Positions 1-10,133 of a stretch of DNA of 64,000 nt are shown piece after piece; within the stretch, counting starts at the first letter, position 1; the number at the start of each line of letters is the position of its first letter. Below the pieces are notes generated by a model. The model saw only the letters and a list, made by a program, of their open reading frames with translations, did not search any database and was not told the origin of the DNA. The stretch is from the NCBI GenBank assembly GCA_038321825.1, contig JBBQFK010000001.1, positions 1,197 through 65,196 on the forward strand. Reading direction: 5' to 3'. This DNA is from Cyanophyceae cyanobacterium. Lineage in GTDB: Bacteria > Cyanobacteriota > Cyanobacteriia > Cyanobacteriales > JAAUUE01. Position numbers and translations under genes: made by a program.

Positions 1-2
1 TT

Positions 3-533
3 GTGGTCTATCTTGGTGTCGAGCAAGCCGCTATTCCCCCCGGTTGTCCGCCCCATTTGCAATTTCTCTACGATGGTCAGGGCGTGATTGGGGAAAATAA
101 TTCTCTGTTTGTCTCTGTCAGCCATCCCGGTGATGGTCGGGCAACTGAGGGAAAAGCGACAATTATTGCTTCTTCTTTTGTGGATCCAACTCAATGGTGG
201 GAGGGAGATCAGGCTAGTTATCAGGCTCTAAAGGAAAAATATACCAAGGAGGCGATCGACCACCTCGCTACCTATTTTCATCTCAACTCTGAAACTATTA
301 TTTATACTGAAGCAGCCACTCCCCGGACTTTTGCTAAATACACAGCGCGCGATCGAGGTGTAGTCGGCGGTATTGGGCAGCGCGTCCCTACCTTTGGGCC
401 CTTCGGTTTTGCCAACCGCACCCCCATTAACAATCTCTGGCTAGTCGGCGACTCTACCCACCCCGGAGAAGGCACAGCAGGGGTAAGTTATTCTGCCCTT
501 ACCGTCGTCCGTCAAATTAATCAATCAAACTAG
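3..533 (+). CDS. FAD-dependent oxidoreductase of the phytoene-desaturase/CrtI family (CrtD/CrtISO-like), C-terminal fragment; 5' end outside window
   Basis: ORF is open to the window edge. C-terminal signature WLVGDSTHPGEGTAGVSYSA is typical of CrtI-family enzymes. Confidence 0.6.
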   Translation: MVYLGVEQAAIPPGCPPHLQFLYDGQGVIGENNSLFVSVSHPGDGRATEGKATIIASSFVDPTQWWEGDQASYQALKEKYTKEAIDHLATYFHLNSETIIYTEAATPRTFAKYTARDRGVVGGIGQRVPTFGPFGFANRTPINNLWLVGDSTHPGEGTAGVSYSALTVVRQINQSN

Positions 534-568
534 TTAATCAAGTTAGTCAATTAAGGTGAATATTAAAT

Positions 569-1639
569 TTAGTTGGTGCGGTTGAGAATAAAGATTACTT
601 GGGCTAATTCATTTTTGAGAGCGGCTTCCTGCCCAGTGTCTCCGAGGCTGACAGCTAGAGCGATCGCCCGTTCCAGATAATTTTTTGCCTCCAGTCGATC
701 GCCCACTGCATTATAAAAGCGACCGTAGGTAATCAGAGCGTTGAGTTCCTGTTGTTCATTTTGGGTTTGCTGGGCTAAGAGCATTCTTTCATCGAGGGAT
801 TTTAGGGCTAGTTCTGGTTGATTCATCGCTAGATAGGTAGTGTGCATTCCGGTTAGAATCCGGAACTCGTTGGCAGTATCCCGGATAATGCGGCTGGTGC
901 GTAGGGCATCAAAGTAGTTGACCATGGCTTGACGGTATTGATTCAAGAGGCGGTAAGATTCGGCTAAACCAAGGAGAGTATTAACTTCACCGATGGGGTC
1001 TTGGGGACTGCGGCGAAATCTGAGGGCAGCTTCGTAGCGCTTAATTGCTTCATCAAAATCCCCCATACTAAAAGCCAACAAGCCCAGATTACTCAAGGAC
1101 AATCCCTCCCCAGCAGCACTGTTAACTCGGCGAGAAACCGTCAAGGCTTCGTTAAAGAGGGACTCGGCAGCAGTATAGCTTTTGCGTTTGACTAAGATGG
1201 CTCCGAGATTATTCAGCCCATAGATCTGTCCGGTGATGTCTTGATTATCTCTGGCGATCGCCAACCGTTGCCGGAGAGTTGCTTCTGCTTCCCGGAATTG
1301 CCCCAAGTTGCCGTAGGTAATCCCCAACAGTTCTAAAGTCCGCCCGATCGCCTGCTCATCTCGCACCATTTGATAAAGTTCCAGCGCTTCTAACCAGAAA
1401 GGAATAGCCTTTTCCAAACTTCCCCGCCGTTCTTCCGCCTCCCCCAATCTCAGGAGGGTATCAGCATCATTACGCAAATCTCGCACAGGACGGTTCAAAG
1501 GTCGCTGGATAAAATCTTCATCGATCAACAATTGAGCTATTAGCTGCCCTGTCATCCCATCTAACACTCCAGCATTTACTTCCAAGCCGGGTAGCCATAC
1601 CAACGGGACTAGGATTAACAATAACCAAGATTGCCTCAT
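569..1639 (-). CDS. Secreted TPR-repeat protein
   Basis: N-terminal signal-like MRQSWLLLILVPLVWLPGLEVNAG, followed by repeated 40-aa TPR-like units (LGxxYxxLGxxxEAxxxxxxAL). Confidence 0.7.
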   Translation of the reverse strand: MRQSWLLLILVPLVWLPGLEVNAGVLDGMTGQLIAQLLIDEDFIQRPLNRPVRDLRNDADTLLRLGEAEERRGSLEKAIPFWLEALELYQMVRDEQAIGRTLELLGITYGNLGQFREAEATLRQRLAIARDNQDITGQIYGLNNLGAILVKRKSYTAAESLFNEALTVSRRVNSAAGEGLSLSNLGLLAFSMGDFDEAIKRYEAALRFRRSPQDPIGEVNTLLGLAESYRLLNQYRQAMVNYFDALRTSRIIRDTANEFRILTGMHTTYLAMNQPELALKSLDERMLLAQQTQNEQQELNALITYGRFYNAVGDRLEAKNYLERAIALAVSLGDTGQEAALKNELAQVIFILNRTN

Positions 1640-1767
1640 GCTTTTCTCCCAAGATGCCCTTTATCAGCAGTTACTAAGATAATTAACGTTGTTCTCTCTC
1701 CTAGATATTACTAGACCCGGCTAGACACGATCGAAAACAATTAACTTTTCAGTAAGTTTTGTGATCT

Positions 1768-3231
1768 CTAGGGGCTTACCTGCGAGGAGAGTTGAGGAAA
1801 ACCAGTTTGTGTAATCTGTATAATCTGCATAGTTTGCTTAGTTTCTATGGGTTTGAAATTATTAATATTCCTGAGATCTAGCCCCCAGTAGGGAGTTGCC
1901 AAAAATAAAAATAGAGTTACATAGCTGCCCCAAAACAAAATTAGCAGAAATTGCCAATCTCTCCGGGAAACCAAAACTGTCGCAGTTAACATCGTTAGAG
2001 CTAGGGCTGCCATGGTCAAAAATAGCAAATTTCCGCCGATTTTTAATATGCCTACGTAGGCTGTACCGCCGATCGCCATCACCGTGAGGAGGATCAATAG
2101 ACTAGTCCAAAAACGTGGATAGGCTTGATTTTGGGGTAACTGAATGCCATCGCTAAAATAGGAGGCGATCGCTAGGGCAGCCACTGGATAGATGGGCAGT
2201 AAAGACCAAGAGTTACTAGGGATCAGCAATCCAGCACCTAGGTAAATCCCTAACCAGACAAGGACTAATTTCGCCCAACTCCAATTGTGTCGCCGCCATG
2301 CAAAGAGTAATCCTGCCGGGAGAAACACCAACCACGGTAGCCCATATCGCCAAATTTCCAAGAGATAAAACCAACTGCTCCGGTTTCTTTGGTCTTGTCC
2401 GAGATTCCTACCTAAAGTAACAAAAAACTGGTCTAGGGCTTGGGAAAAACTGAGGGATTGGAGATGGTAATGCCATTGCGCTCCGTACCAGCCCAGCATC
2501 GGCGCACAACCAAGGAAAATTCCACCCCAGAAATAGCCACAACTCAGCAGCCGGGGGGTATCCCAAGCCAGAAAAACTAGGGTAATGACTAGCCAAACAA
2601 CTCCACCTAAACCCTTTAGTAAGCACAAAGTCCCCAAGGACAATCCCGCCCCTAGGCAATAGCGTAAATCTCTTCTCGATCGAGCCACGCACCACATCAG
2701 AGCCACAATCAAAAATAATGCCGCCCCATCCAAGGTAGCCAAGCGACTATAGGACAGCACGGGTAACAGGGTGAGATAAATAAAACTAGCAAAGATGGCT
2801 TTTCTGGGAATCGTAAAAATTTCTCGTCCTAGACTGTAAACGAGGGGAACTGAGAGGGCGGCGAGGAGAGTGCCGGGGAGCCGGGTCATCAGGGGCGTGA
2901 CTCCACCCAATTGGTAGGCAAGGGCAGTAATCAATTCCATCAGGGGAAAGTGCTGCAACTCAAATTGATCGGGAGCATTCCAATCTAGGGAGCTAGCGGA
3001 GCCTTGCCAAATCTCCTTGGCTGTCTGGGCGATTTTACCCTCGTAGCTGGCTTGGATCGGCAGATGCCCAAGGTTGAAGGTAAATAAAATAACTGCGGCT
3101 CCGAGGAGAAGATAAAACCAAAACCAATGCTGATGGTGGGTTTCTTGTTTCTCGCTCCGGTTCGATCGTCCCCATGCGGAAATTTGACTATCCATAGTTA
3201 AAAAAGATTTGGAGTTAAAAAGATTTGGCAA
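1768..3231 (-). CDS. Polytopic membrane glycosyltransferase, family 39 / ArnT-PMT-like
   Basis: 487 aa with more than 10 hydrophobic segments. N-terminal third resembles ArnT/PMT-type glycosyltransferases. True start may be the internal Met (MDSQIS). Confidence 0.6.
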   Translation of the reverse strand: MPNLFNSKSFLTMDSQISAWGRSNRSEKQETHHQHWFWFYLLLGAAVILFTFNLGHLPIQASYEGKIAQTAKEIWQGSASSLDWNAPDQFELQHFPLMELITALAYQLGGVTPLMTRLPGTLLAALSVPLVYSLGREIFTIPRKAIFASFIYLTLLPVLSYSRLATLDGAALFLIVALMWCVARSRRDLRYCLGAGLSLGTLCLLKGLGGVVWLVITLVFLAWDTPRLLSCGYFWGGIFLGCAPMLGWYGAQWHYHLQSLSFSQALDQFFVTLGRNLGQDQRNRSSWFYLLEIWRYGLPWLVFLPAGLLFAWRRHNWSWAKLVLVWLGIYLGAGLLIPSNSWSLLPIYPVAALAIASYFSDGIQLPQNQAYPRFWTSLLILLTVMAIGGTAYVGILKIGGNLLFLTMAALALTMLTATVLVSRRDWQFLLILFWGSYVTLFLFLATPYWGLDLRNINNFKPIETKQTMQIIQITQTGFPQLSSQVSP

Positions 3232-3826
3232 ATACCTTACTTAATTCCGGATTGATGCAAAAATAGACATCCCTGTTGCTCTCTTCGACGATAGGTTAAG
3301 TAATGTTAAGATGAAATAGCAATTTTCAAGAGGGTGACTTTACATTCTGATTCTACAGCCCCTGATTCTACATCTAGAGAAAATCCCTAACCATTTGTAA
3401 AAATCTACAAAAATTTGCATTTATACATTAACTAGACCCCGAACCCAACACCCCACTTCAACACCTGACCTCGACTCACCTAACGAAATAATAGACTAGA
3501 CAATGGAGCTATTAATGAAGCTATTAATTTAGGGAGCGATCAAAAAGCTAAAACCTTCCTTCAAGGTAGCACCTGTTTAGGGAAATTTGCTATTCACTCA
3601 AGCAATCATTTAATCTAGGTACTTGTTTGTCTCTAGACCCAACTTCACCCAAAATTTATTAAAAAATTGGTAGTGATGCATAGAAATGGTGATTTTGGTG
3701 TCAAACGGTTAGTCTCCTGTTGCTCATAACATCACATTGCACCACTACCAAAAATTTACTATAGGTTTAACTAGCTTAATTAAATTTAACTCATAGATAC
3801 AAATTAGCAATCAGAATTTAGCACCT

Positions 3827-5794
3827 ATGGAAACGTCCCTAGAGTTTACTCTCCAAATAGTTATCGCTGTGTTTTCTGGGATTATGGCTCAGGTTTTTGC
3901 CGAATACCTAAAAGTACCAAGCATTGTGTTTCTGTTATTGCTGGGGATCGTACTGGGGGCTGATGGTCTGAACTTGCTCCATCCCCAAGAGTTGGGAGTC
4001 GGGTTAGAAGTTTTGGTATCTATGGCGGTGGCGGTGATTTTGTTTGAGGGGGGCTTGAGTCTAGATTTGCGAAATCTGGGGTTGGTTTCTGGCAGTTTGC
4101 GAAATTTGGTGACTTTGGGGAGTTTGATTACTTTCATAGGGGGGAGTATTGTTGCCCATTATTTGGCAGAGTTTCCTTGGTCGATCGCTGTCCTCTACGC
4201 TTCCTTGGTGGTGGTGACGGGACCAACGGTGGTGAGTCCGCTCTTGAAACAGGTGCAGGTCGATCGACCCGTGGCGACTTTGCTAGAAGGGGAAGGAGTA
4301 CTGGCGGATCCGGTGGGAGCAATTTTGGCTTTCGTAGTGCTGAATACGATTATTGATGGCAATATTTTTGCGGGCAGGAGTGCGGAGGCGATCGCCAGTT
4401 TTAGTAGCCTAATTTGGAGCCTAATTTTAGGGGGCAGCATTGGTTTAGGCGGTGGGTTAGTGTTGGAACAGGTTTTAAGGCGGGCTTTGTTCCTTTCCCA
4501 AGAACTAAAAAATCTCCTAGTTTTAGCCTCAGTCTGGGGTTTATTTACCCTGTCCCAAATCCTGAAAAGTGAGTCGGGGTTGATGGCGATGGTGATTCTT
4601 GGCTTGGTGTTGGGGGCAGCGGATCTGCCGGGGGAAAGATTACTGCGGAAGTTTAAGGGACAGCTAACTATCCTCGGCATATCAGTATTATTTATCTTAC
4701 TGGCAGCGGATTTGTCGATCGCTAGTCTCTTTGCCTTGGGCTGGGGCAGTCTAGCTACGGTGCTTGTCCTCATGTTTGTCGTCCGACCCATCAGCATTTT
4801 TCTGTGCACATGGCAGAGCGACTTTAACTGGCGGCAGAAATTATTTCTTTGTTGGGTTGCCCCTAGGGGAATCGTCAGTGCGTCCGTGGCTTCCCTATTT
4901 GCGATTATTCTCACGGAGCGGGGTATCACTGGGGGCGAATCTCTCAAGGCTCTGGTATTCCTAACTATTATGCTCACCGTATTTCTCCCCGGTTTAACAG
5001 CAGGTTGGGTTGCCAAACTTTTGCAAATTACTCCCCACAGTGAAACCGGAGCTGTAATTATTGGTTGTCATCCTCTAAGTATGTTGATTGCTCGATTGTT
5101 TCAGGAGCGGGGAGAGTCGGTAATTTTAATTGATACAGATGCAGAGGCTTGCCAACGGGCGATCGCCGCCGATCTTTCTGTGATTCAGAGTAGCGGTCTA
5201 GACATCAAAGCCCTAGAAGATGCGGGGTTAGACTCCATGGGAACCTTTGTCGCCATGACCAACAACAGCGAAGTAAACCTAGTGCTGGCTCAACACGCCG
5301 CTACGGAGTTTAAGCCCCCCAGAGTTCTCGCCGTGTTTTCCCACGAATCCACCGATGAAGCTGCCAGTGAATCTGGTTCTGTCCTACCAGCGTTTACAAA
5401 CCAAATGGCAATTAAAACATGGAATCAATACCTGCAAGAAGGCAATATCAAGCTAGGTACAACGATCCTAGATACAGAAAAGTTCCCCCAGCAGCAGGCT
5501 CATCTGCAAAATTTAATTAATTCAGAAACGTTAGTCCCTTTGATCATTGCTAGGAAAGGCAGAGTACAAATTCAACCAGCAACGGCGGAATGGCAGCCGG
5601 GAGATGAAGTAATATATCTCCTCCACGATGCTCGCCCCCAACTAATCAAGCGCCTCTCAGGAGCCACGGCTGCCTCTCCATTGGTACTAGAAAAATTATC
5701 CGAGGTGGAAAATATTCCCTACGCTGCGGTCTTTGCTGTCAATGGTGCGAAGGAAAATAATTCGGTGTTGCTGAATGAGAATATAAGTGACTAA
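3827..5794 (+). CDS. CPA1-type Na+/H+ (cation/proton) antiporter with C-terminal RCK/TrkA-N-like domain
   Basis: About 400 aa of polytopic exchanger core (VVVTGPTVVSPLL, WVAPRGIVSASVA), then a soluble TrkA-N-like segment (AVIIGCHPLS...VILIDTD). Confidence 0.8.
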   Translation: METSLEFTLQIVIAVFSGIMAQVFAEYLKVPSIVFLLLLGIVLGADGLNLLHPQELGVGLEVLVSMAVAVILFEGGLSLDLRNLGLVSGSLRNLVTLGSLITFIGGSIVAHYLAEFPWSIAVLYASLVVVTGPTVVSPLLKQVQVDRPVATLLEGEGVLADPVGAILAFVVLNTIIDGNIFAGRSAEAIASFSSLIWSLILGGSIGLGGGLVLEQVLRRALFLSQELKNLLVLASVWGLFTLSQILKSESGLMAMVILGLVLGAADLPGERLLRKFKGQLTILGISVLFILLAADLSIASLFALGWGSLATVLVLMFVVRPISIFLCTWQSDFNWRQKLFLCWVAPRGIVSASVASLFAIILTERGITGGESLKALVFLTIMLTVFLPGLTAGWVAKLLQITPHSETGAVIIGCHPLSMLIARLFQERGESVILIDTDAEACQRAIAADLSVIQSSGLDIKALEDAGLDSMGTFVAMTNNSEVNLVLAQHAATEFKPPRVLAVFSHESTDEAASESGSVLPAFTNQMAIKTWNQYLQEGNIKLGTTILDTEKFPQQQAHLQNLINSETLVPLIIARKGRVQIQPATAEWQPGDEVIYLLHDARPQLIKRLSGATAASPLVLEKLSEVENIPYAAVFAVNGAKENNSVLLNENISD

Positions 5795-5817
5795 ATAGGG
5801 AGATTATCAAAAAAATC

Positions 5818-7137
5818 ATGGTAAAAAAACTGCTATCTCTATTTTCTGGTTGTGGTGGTATGGATTTAGGTTTTGATGGAGGTTTTAAGGTTCATGTAAA
5901 TTTAGTAAATTCTTCAATTAACCCTCACTGGATCACAGGAGAACTAAATAAACAAGTAATGTTAGCTAAAAATGATTTTGAATTGATTTTTGCTAATGAT
6001 ATTGTTAGAGCCGCAAGAAATGCATGGGTATCTTATTTCACCAAAAGAGAGATAAATCCTACCACCTTTCATCTCGGTAGTATTGTGGATTTAGTTAAAA
6101 GCTCTGAGGTAGGAAAATTCAATTTCCCTAGCAATGTTGATATTGTAACTGGAGGGTTTCCTTGTCAGGATTTTAGTGTCGCAGGTAAAAGAAAAGGTTT
6201 TAATTCTCACAAAAGCCATAGGGGAGAAAACCTAGATGAAATAGATTCTACTGAAAATCGTGGACAATTATATCAATGGATGAAAAAAGTAATTGAAATC
6301 ACTAATCCCAAGGTATTTATTGCTGAAAATGTCAAGGGTTTAGTCTCGCTTTCTAATGCCAAATCAATTATTCAATCTGACTTTGAATTAATAGGTGAAT
6401 ATGGGTATATAGTGCTGGCAAAAGTTGTATTTGCTCCCGACTATGGCATCCCTCAAATGCGTGAACGAATCTTTTTCATAGGGCTTAATAAGCAATATTT
6501 ACGTCCTGAAGCATTGATGGCTCTACAACAACCAATAGTTGCTCCAGCTTTTGATCCATTTCCTCCAAAAACCCATACTAAGATTGAATCTCAAGGCTCC
6601 TTATTTGATTCGTTACTATCCCTAAAACCTTACACTAAAGTTGGGGCAGTATTAGAGTCTTTACATGAACCAGAGCAAGAGCTACAAGATTTAGCACAAA
6701 TGAAATATTCAAAGGCTAAATATTGTGGAAAACATCAAGGACAAATTGAAATTAATTTAGATGGACTTGCCCCTACTATTCGTTCTGAGCATCATGGCAA
6801 TATTGAATATCGACGGCTTTCTTTAGAGCATGGAGGTCGGTATATTAATGAGTTGAATCAAGGACTAAGAGAAAGAAGGTTAACTGTTAGAGAATGTGCC
6901 AGAATTCAGACTTTTCCTGATGATTATGAATTTGTTCGAGAATCTAAGGATGATTTTCAATTAGGGGCAAGTAGTAGCTACAAATTAATTGGGAATGCGG
7001 TTCCTCCTTTCTTGGCATATCATTTTGCTAGAAGACTTGAAAGCATATGGGGAAACTTATTTATCAATGATTCTTTCATGGTAAATCCAAGTCAAAATAT
7101 AAGGATACCTAAGGTTTTTCCTAGTCCAGTAAATTAA
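5818..7137 (+). CDS. DNA (cytosine-5)-methyltransferase, type II RM methylase
   Basis: All canonical m5C motifs in order: I LFSGCGGMDLGF, IV GGFPCQDFSVAG, VI ENVKGL, VIII QMRERIFFIG, IX TVRECARIQTFPDDYEF, X GNAVPP. Confidence 0.93.
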   Translation: MVKKLLSLFSGCGGMDLGFDGGFKVHVNLVNSSINPHWITGELNKQVMLAKNDFELIFANDIVRAARNAWVSYFTKREINPTTFHLGSIVDLVKSSEVGKFNFPSNVDIVTGGFPCQDFSVAGKRKGFNSHKSHRGENLDEIDSTENRGQLYQWMKKVIEITNPKVFIAENVKGLVSLSNAKSIIQSDFELIGEYGYIVLAKVVFAPDYGIPQMRERIFFIGLNKQYLRPEALMALQQPIVAPAFDPFPPKTHTKIESQGSLFDSLLSLKPYTKVGAVLESLHEPEQELQDLAQMKYSKAKYCGKHQGQIEINLDGLAPTIRSEHHGNIEYRRLSLEHGGRYINELNQGLRERRLTVRECARIQTFPDDYEFVRESKDDFQLGASSSYKLIGNAVPPFLAYHFARRLESIWGNLFINDSFMVNPSQNIRIPKVFPSPVN

Positions 7138-7871
7138 ATATCGGAATTATCTTGATCCATCTTTAAATCTTCAAGGGAAATATTTTCAGAAATTACTATT
7201 TTTATTATCTCTCTAACTAAATCATCTTGCCAAGAGTAAGTACATTGTTTGAAAAGTCGATCAACTGCTGCTCTAGCATACCTCTTAATCCATGCTTTAT
7301 TATGACTAATTAGCTCAGTTCTAGGATTTTCATTGATATGTTGATATTTATCCCAGCTTAATCGAGGACGTGGTGATCTATCCTGAAATAAATCAGTCTC
7401 TCCAAGTGTTATTCCTAAATAATATCGACCATATCTAAATTCAAATCTTGAACCATTTGATGAACGGCGACAAAATATAACCCACATATTTAAGTCTAAT
7501 TTGCTAATGGTAGAACCGGGGATTACTCTAGAACCTTTGCCCTTATTCTCTTTACAACTTTTAAGTTCAATCTTTCTTCTAAATTCATTGTTTTTATTAT
7601 CTATAAAAATTATTTGAATGTCAGGTACTTTAATTCCTGAGAGCTTAATATTTTGACAATCAGTATGATAGAAGGCTTCCTCGAACTTTTGACAAGCCAA
7701 ACTTGAAAACCCAGAATCAGTGTTCGCTTCACCATCTGTCCATTTTATTTGCGAAAGTTGGTCACTTGCTACTGCTAAAAGCTGAGTAGTTTTCTGTACC
7801 AACAAGGGTAGAAGTTGGAGATCAATAAATTCTTGACTATCCATAAATTTCATAACCAGAATATGAGCCAC
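7134..7871 (-). CDS. Putative cognate type II restriction endonuclease (PD-(D/E)xK candidate)
   Basis: Convergent with the m5C methylase, with stop codons overlapping inside AATTAA. Shares the same AT-rich composition. Candidate catalytic motif VPD-x17-ELK. No family recognised by eye. GTG start at 7871, or ATG six codons later. Confidence 0.5.
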   Translation of the reverse strand: MAHILVMKFMDSQEFIDLQLLPLLVQKTTQLLAVASDQLSQIKWTDGEANTDSGFSSLACQKFEEAFYHTDCQNIKLSGIKVPDIQIIFIDNKNNEFRRKIELKSCKENKGKGSRVIPGSTISKLDLNMWVIFCRRSSNGSRFEFRYGRYYLGITLGETDLFQDRSPRPRLSWDKYQHINENPRTELISHNKAWIKRYARAAVDRLFKQCTYSWQDDLVREIIKIVISENISLEDLKMDQDNSDI

Positions 7872-7887
7872 CCGCCCTAGTAAGTTT

Positions 7888-9234
7888 CTAAAGTTGCTTA
7901 AGAATATCTCCTAGGGTACTCACTAACTGGTCAATGTGGGATTTCTCGATAATTAGGGGCGGTGACAAGGCGATAATATCCCCCGTAGTTCTAATTAAAA
8001 TTCCGGCTTCGTAGGCTCGGAGAAAACACTCAAAAGCTCTCGCCGTAGGTTTGCCGGGGATGGGTTCCAGTTCAATGCCTGCAATTAAACCCAGATTGCG
8101 GATATCAATCACGGCGGGTAACCCCTTGAGAGAATGAACCGCTTCTTGCCAGTAGGGAGCCAAACTGCCAGCCCTAGCAAACAGATTTTCTCGATCGTAG
8201 ATATCTAAAGTTGCCAGCGCCGCCGCACAAGCTACCGGATGCCCAGAATAGGTATAACCATGAAATAGCTCAATGGCGTTCTCATCTCCCGCCATGAAAG
8301 CCTGATGGATATCTTCCCGCACCACCACCGCCCCCATGGGTATTGAGGCATTGGTAAGCCCCTTGGCAAGGCAAACAATATCAGGGATCACCCCAAAATA
8401 ATCCGTCGCAAACCCCGTACCCAAGCGCCCGAAACCGCTAATTACCTCATCAAAAATCAGTAAAATTCCGTACTTGTCGCAGATCTGCCGGAGCTTTTGT
8501 AAATAGCCCACCGGAGGAAGTAACACCCCCGTGGATCCCGCCACTGGCTCGACGATGACCGCCGCAATATTAGATGCATCATGGAGGGCGACAATGCTCT
8601 CTAGCTCCTCAGCCAAATGCGCTCCCCACTGGGGCTGTCCCTGGGAAAAGGCATTGTGTGACAAATTATGGGTATGGGGTAGATGATCCACACCACCTAG
8701 CAAACCCCCAAAAAACTTCCGCACTGTGGGGATGCCCCCTACGGACATACCACCAAAACCTACCCCGTGGTAGCCCCGTTCCCTGCCAATTAACTTTTGC
8801 CGAGTGCCATTTCCCTTAACTCGATGGTAAGCAAGGGCAATTTTTAGGGCAGAATCCACTGCTTCGGAGCCAGAATTTGCAAAGAAGACATGGTTTAAGT
8901 CTCCGGGAAACATCTTCGCTAACCTAGTAGCGGTCTCGAAGGCGATCGGGTGTCCCATCTGAAAAGCAGGAGCATAATCTAGTTGACTCATCTGAGTAGC
9001 TACTGCTTGGACAATTTCTTGCCGACCATGACCAGCATTGACGCACCATAAACCTGCTGTCCCGTCTAGTACCTGTCGTCCATCGTCGGTGGTGTAGTAC
9101 ATTCCTTGGGCAGCGACCATTAGCCGGGGTTTCGCCTTAAATTGCCGATTTGCGGTGAAAGGCATCCAAAAGGCTTCGAGGTCTGGGGGAATATTCGCAG
9201 GATTAGCAGTGGGGTCAAACATAGATGATGACAA
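7888..9234 (-). CDS. Class-III PLP-dependent aminotransferase (omega-amino acid:pyruvate aminotransferase-like)
   Basis: AGLWCVNAGHGRQEI, ANSGSEAVDSALK, LLIFDEVISGFGRLG and YTYSGHP are typical of aminotransferase class III. Confidence 0.85.
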   Translation of the reverse strand: MSSSMFDPTANPANIPPDLEAFWMPFTANRQFKAKPRLMVAAQGMYYTTDDGRQVLDGTAGLWCVNAGHGRQEIVQAVATQMSQLDYAPAFQMGHPIAFETATRLAKMFPGDLNHVFFANSGSEAVDSALKIALAYHRVKGNGTRQKLIGRERGYHGVGFGGMSVGGIPTVRKFFGGLLGGVDHLPHTHNLSHNAFSQGQPQWGAHLAEELESIVALHDASNIAAVIVEPVAGSTGVLLPPVGYLQKLRQICDKYGILLIFDEVISGFGRLGTGFATDYFGVIPDIVCLAKGLTNASIPMGAVVVREDIHQAFMAGDENAIELFHGYTYSGHPVACAAALATLDIYDRENLFARAGSLAPYWQEAVHSLKGLPAVIDIRNLGLIAGIELEPIPGKPTARAFECFLRAYEAGILIRTTGDIIALSPPLIIEKSHIDQLVSTLGDILKQL

Positions 9235-9388
9235 TTTTTAGATAATTTTATAACTAGATGGTAGGTAAAAGAAGCCAAAGCTGAAACTTTAGCCAACTCC
9301 ATCCTTAACTTCATAAATTATAAATTGCCTCTAGAAATTACCATGATCAATTGTCAGGAACTTATTATCAAAATCTGGCTCTAAGTTC

Positions 9389-9985
9389 CTATTCTGACTG
9401 CTCCAGAGCCTGTAATGCTGCCTTGGCGATCGCCAGACTCCACCGGGCTTGTTCCAGAGGAGATAGCTCTTCCCAAACTCCAGTAAACGCCTGATTTTCT
9501 TCGGTATTGCCTCGCATGGCATAGGCAAGGGGACGAGCCAAAACCTGCAAATCTTCCTCCGCCCACTGTTCCAAGAGAGATTGTACAGAGGTGACTAATT
9601 TGTCTTGAAGGGAAATCTTTTGCTGGACTACTGCTTGGGCTGCCGTAGCGATCGACTCTAGCCAAGCTGTCGGAATTCCTGCAAATCGATCGAGTAAACC
9701 CTGTTGAATAGTGGCCCACTGGATGGTCGATCGTTTTCCCAAATGACTAAATAAATTTTGCGCCCTGCTTTCTAGTTCTGCCTCATCGAAAATACCATCT
9801 AGGGAAAATAGCTGCTCTTGTCGATCGAAATAGCTGAAAGTTTCCTCTTGAGCAGGTTCCCAAGGATAAAAATCTTCCTCTGGTTGAGTGACGATTTCCA
9901 GAAATAACTTTTCCACTAAAGGTAATGGATCAGACCCTTCTGGACTTTGATGATTAAAATGATTATTAAATGGCTGCCTTGCCAT
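9389..9985 (-). CDS. Hypothetical protein (acidic, helical)
   Basis: Long ORF with codon usage like its neighbours. No motif recognised. Confidence 0.45.
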   Translation of the reverse strand: MARQPFNNHFNHQSPEGSDPLPLVEKLFLEIVTQPEEDFYPWEPAQEETFSYFDRQEQLFSLDGIFDEAELESRAQNLFSHLGKRSTIQWATIQQGLLDRFAGIPTAWLESIATAAQAVVQQKISLQDKLVTSVQSLLEQWAEEDLQVLARPLAYAMRGNTEENQAFTGVWEELSPLEQARWSLAIAKAALQALEQSE

Positions 9986-10133
9986 AAACCTAAACCCCCA
10001 TAAACGTTGTGTTGCTTTCCTGCTGCTTTAACTCAGGCAAAAGAACCTACAATGGCTATTCCGTAAGTTCCGCATAATTGAACAAATATGGCTCCTAGAG
10101 ATGAATCAAAAGATCCTAGGCATAACACAGGGA

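Noticed and set aside
4195-5016. 273-aa minus-strand ORF (and neighbours 3889-4137, 4134-4322) antisense to the antiporter gene
   Set aside because: It lies entirely inside a strongly supported polytopic transporter CDS. The translation is Arg/Lys/Pro/Thr-rich low complexity with no motif. It is a typical shadow ORF.
9331-9719. Overlapping small ORFs (65 and 112 aa) in alternate frames of the 198-aa hypothetical gene, and 10033-10335 overlapping Uma2
   Set aside because: They are out-of-frame overlaps with longer ORFs that have better composition, and they carry no motifs.
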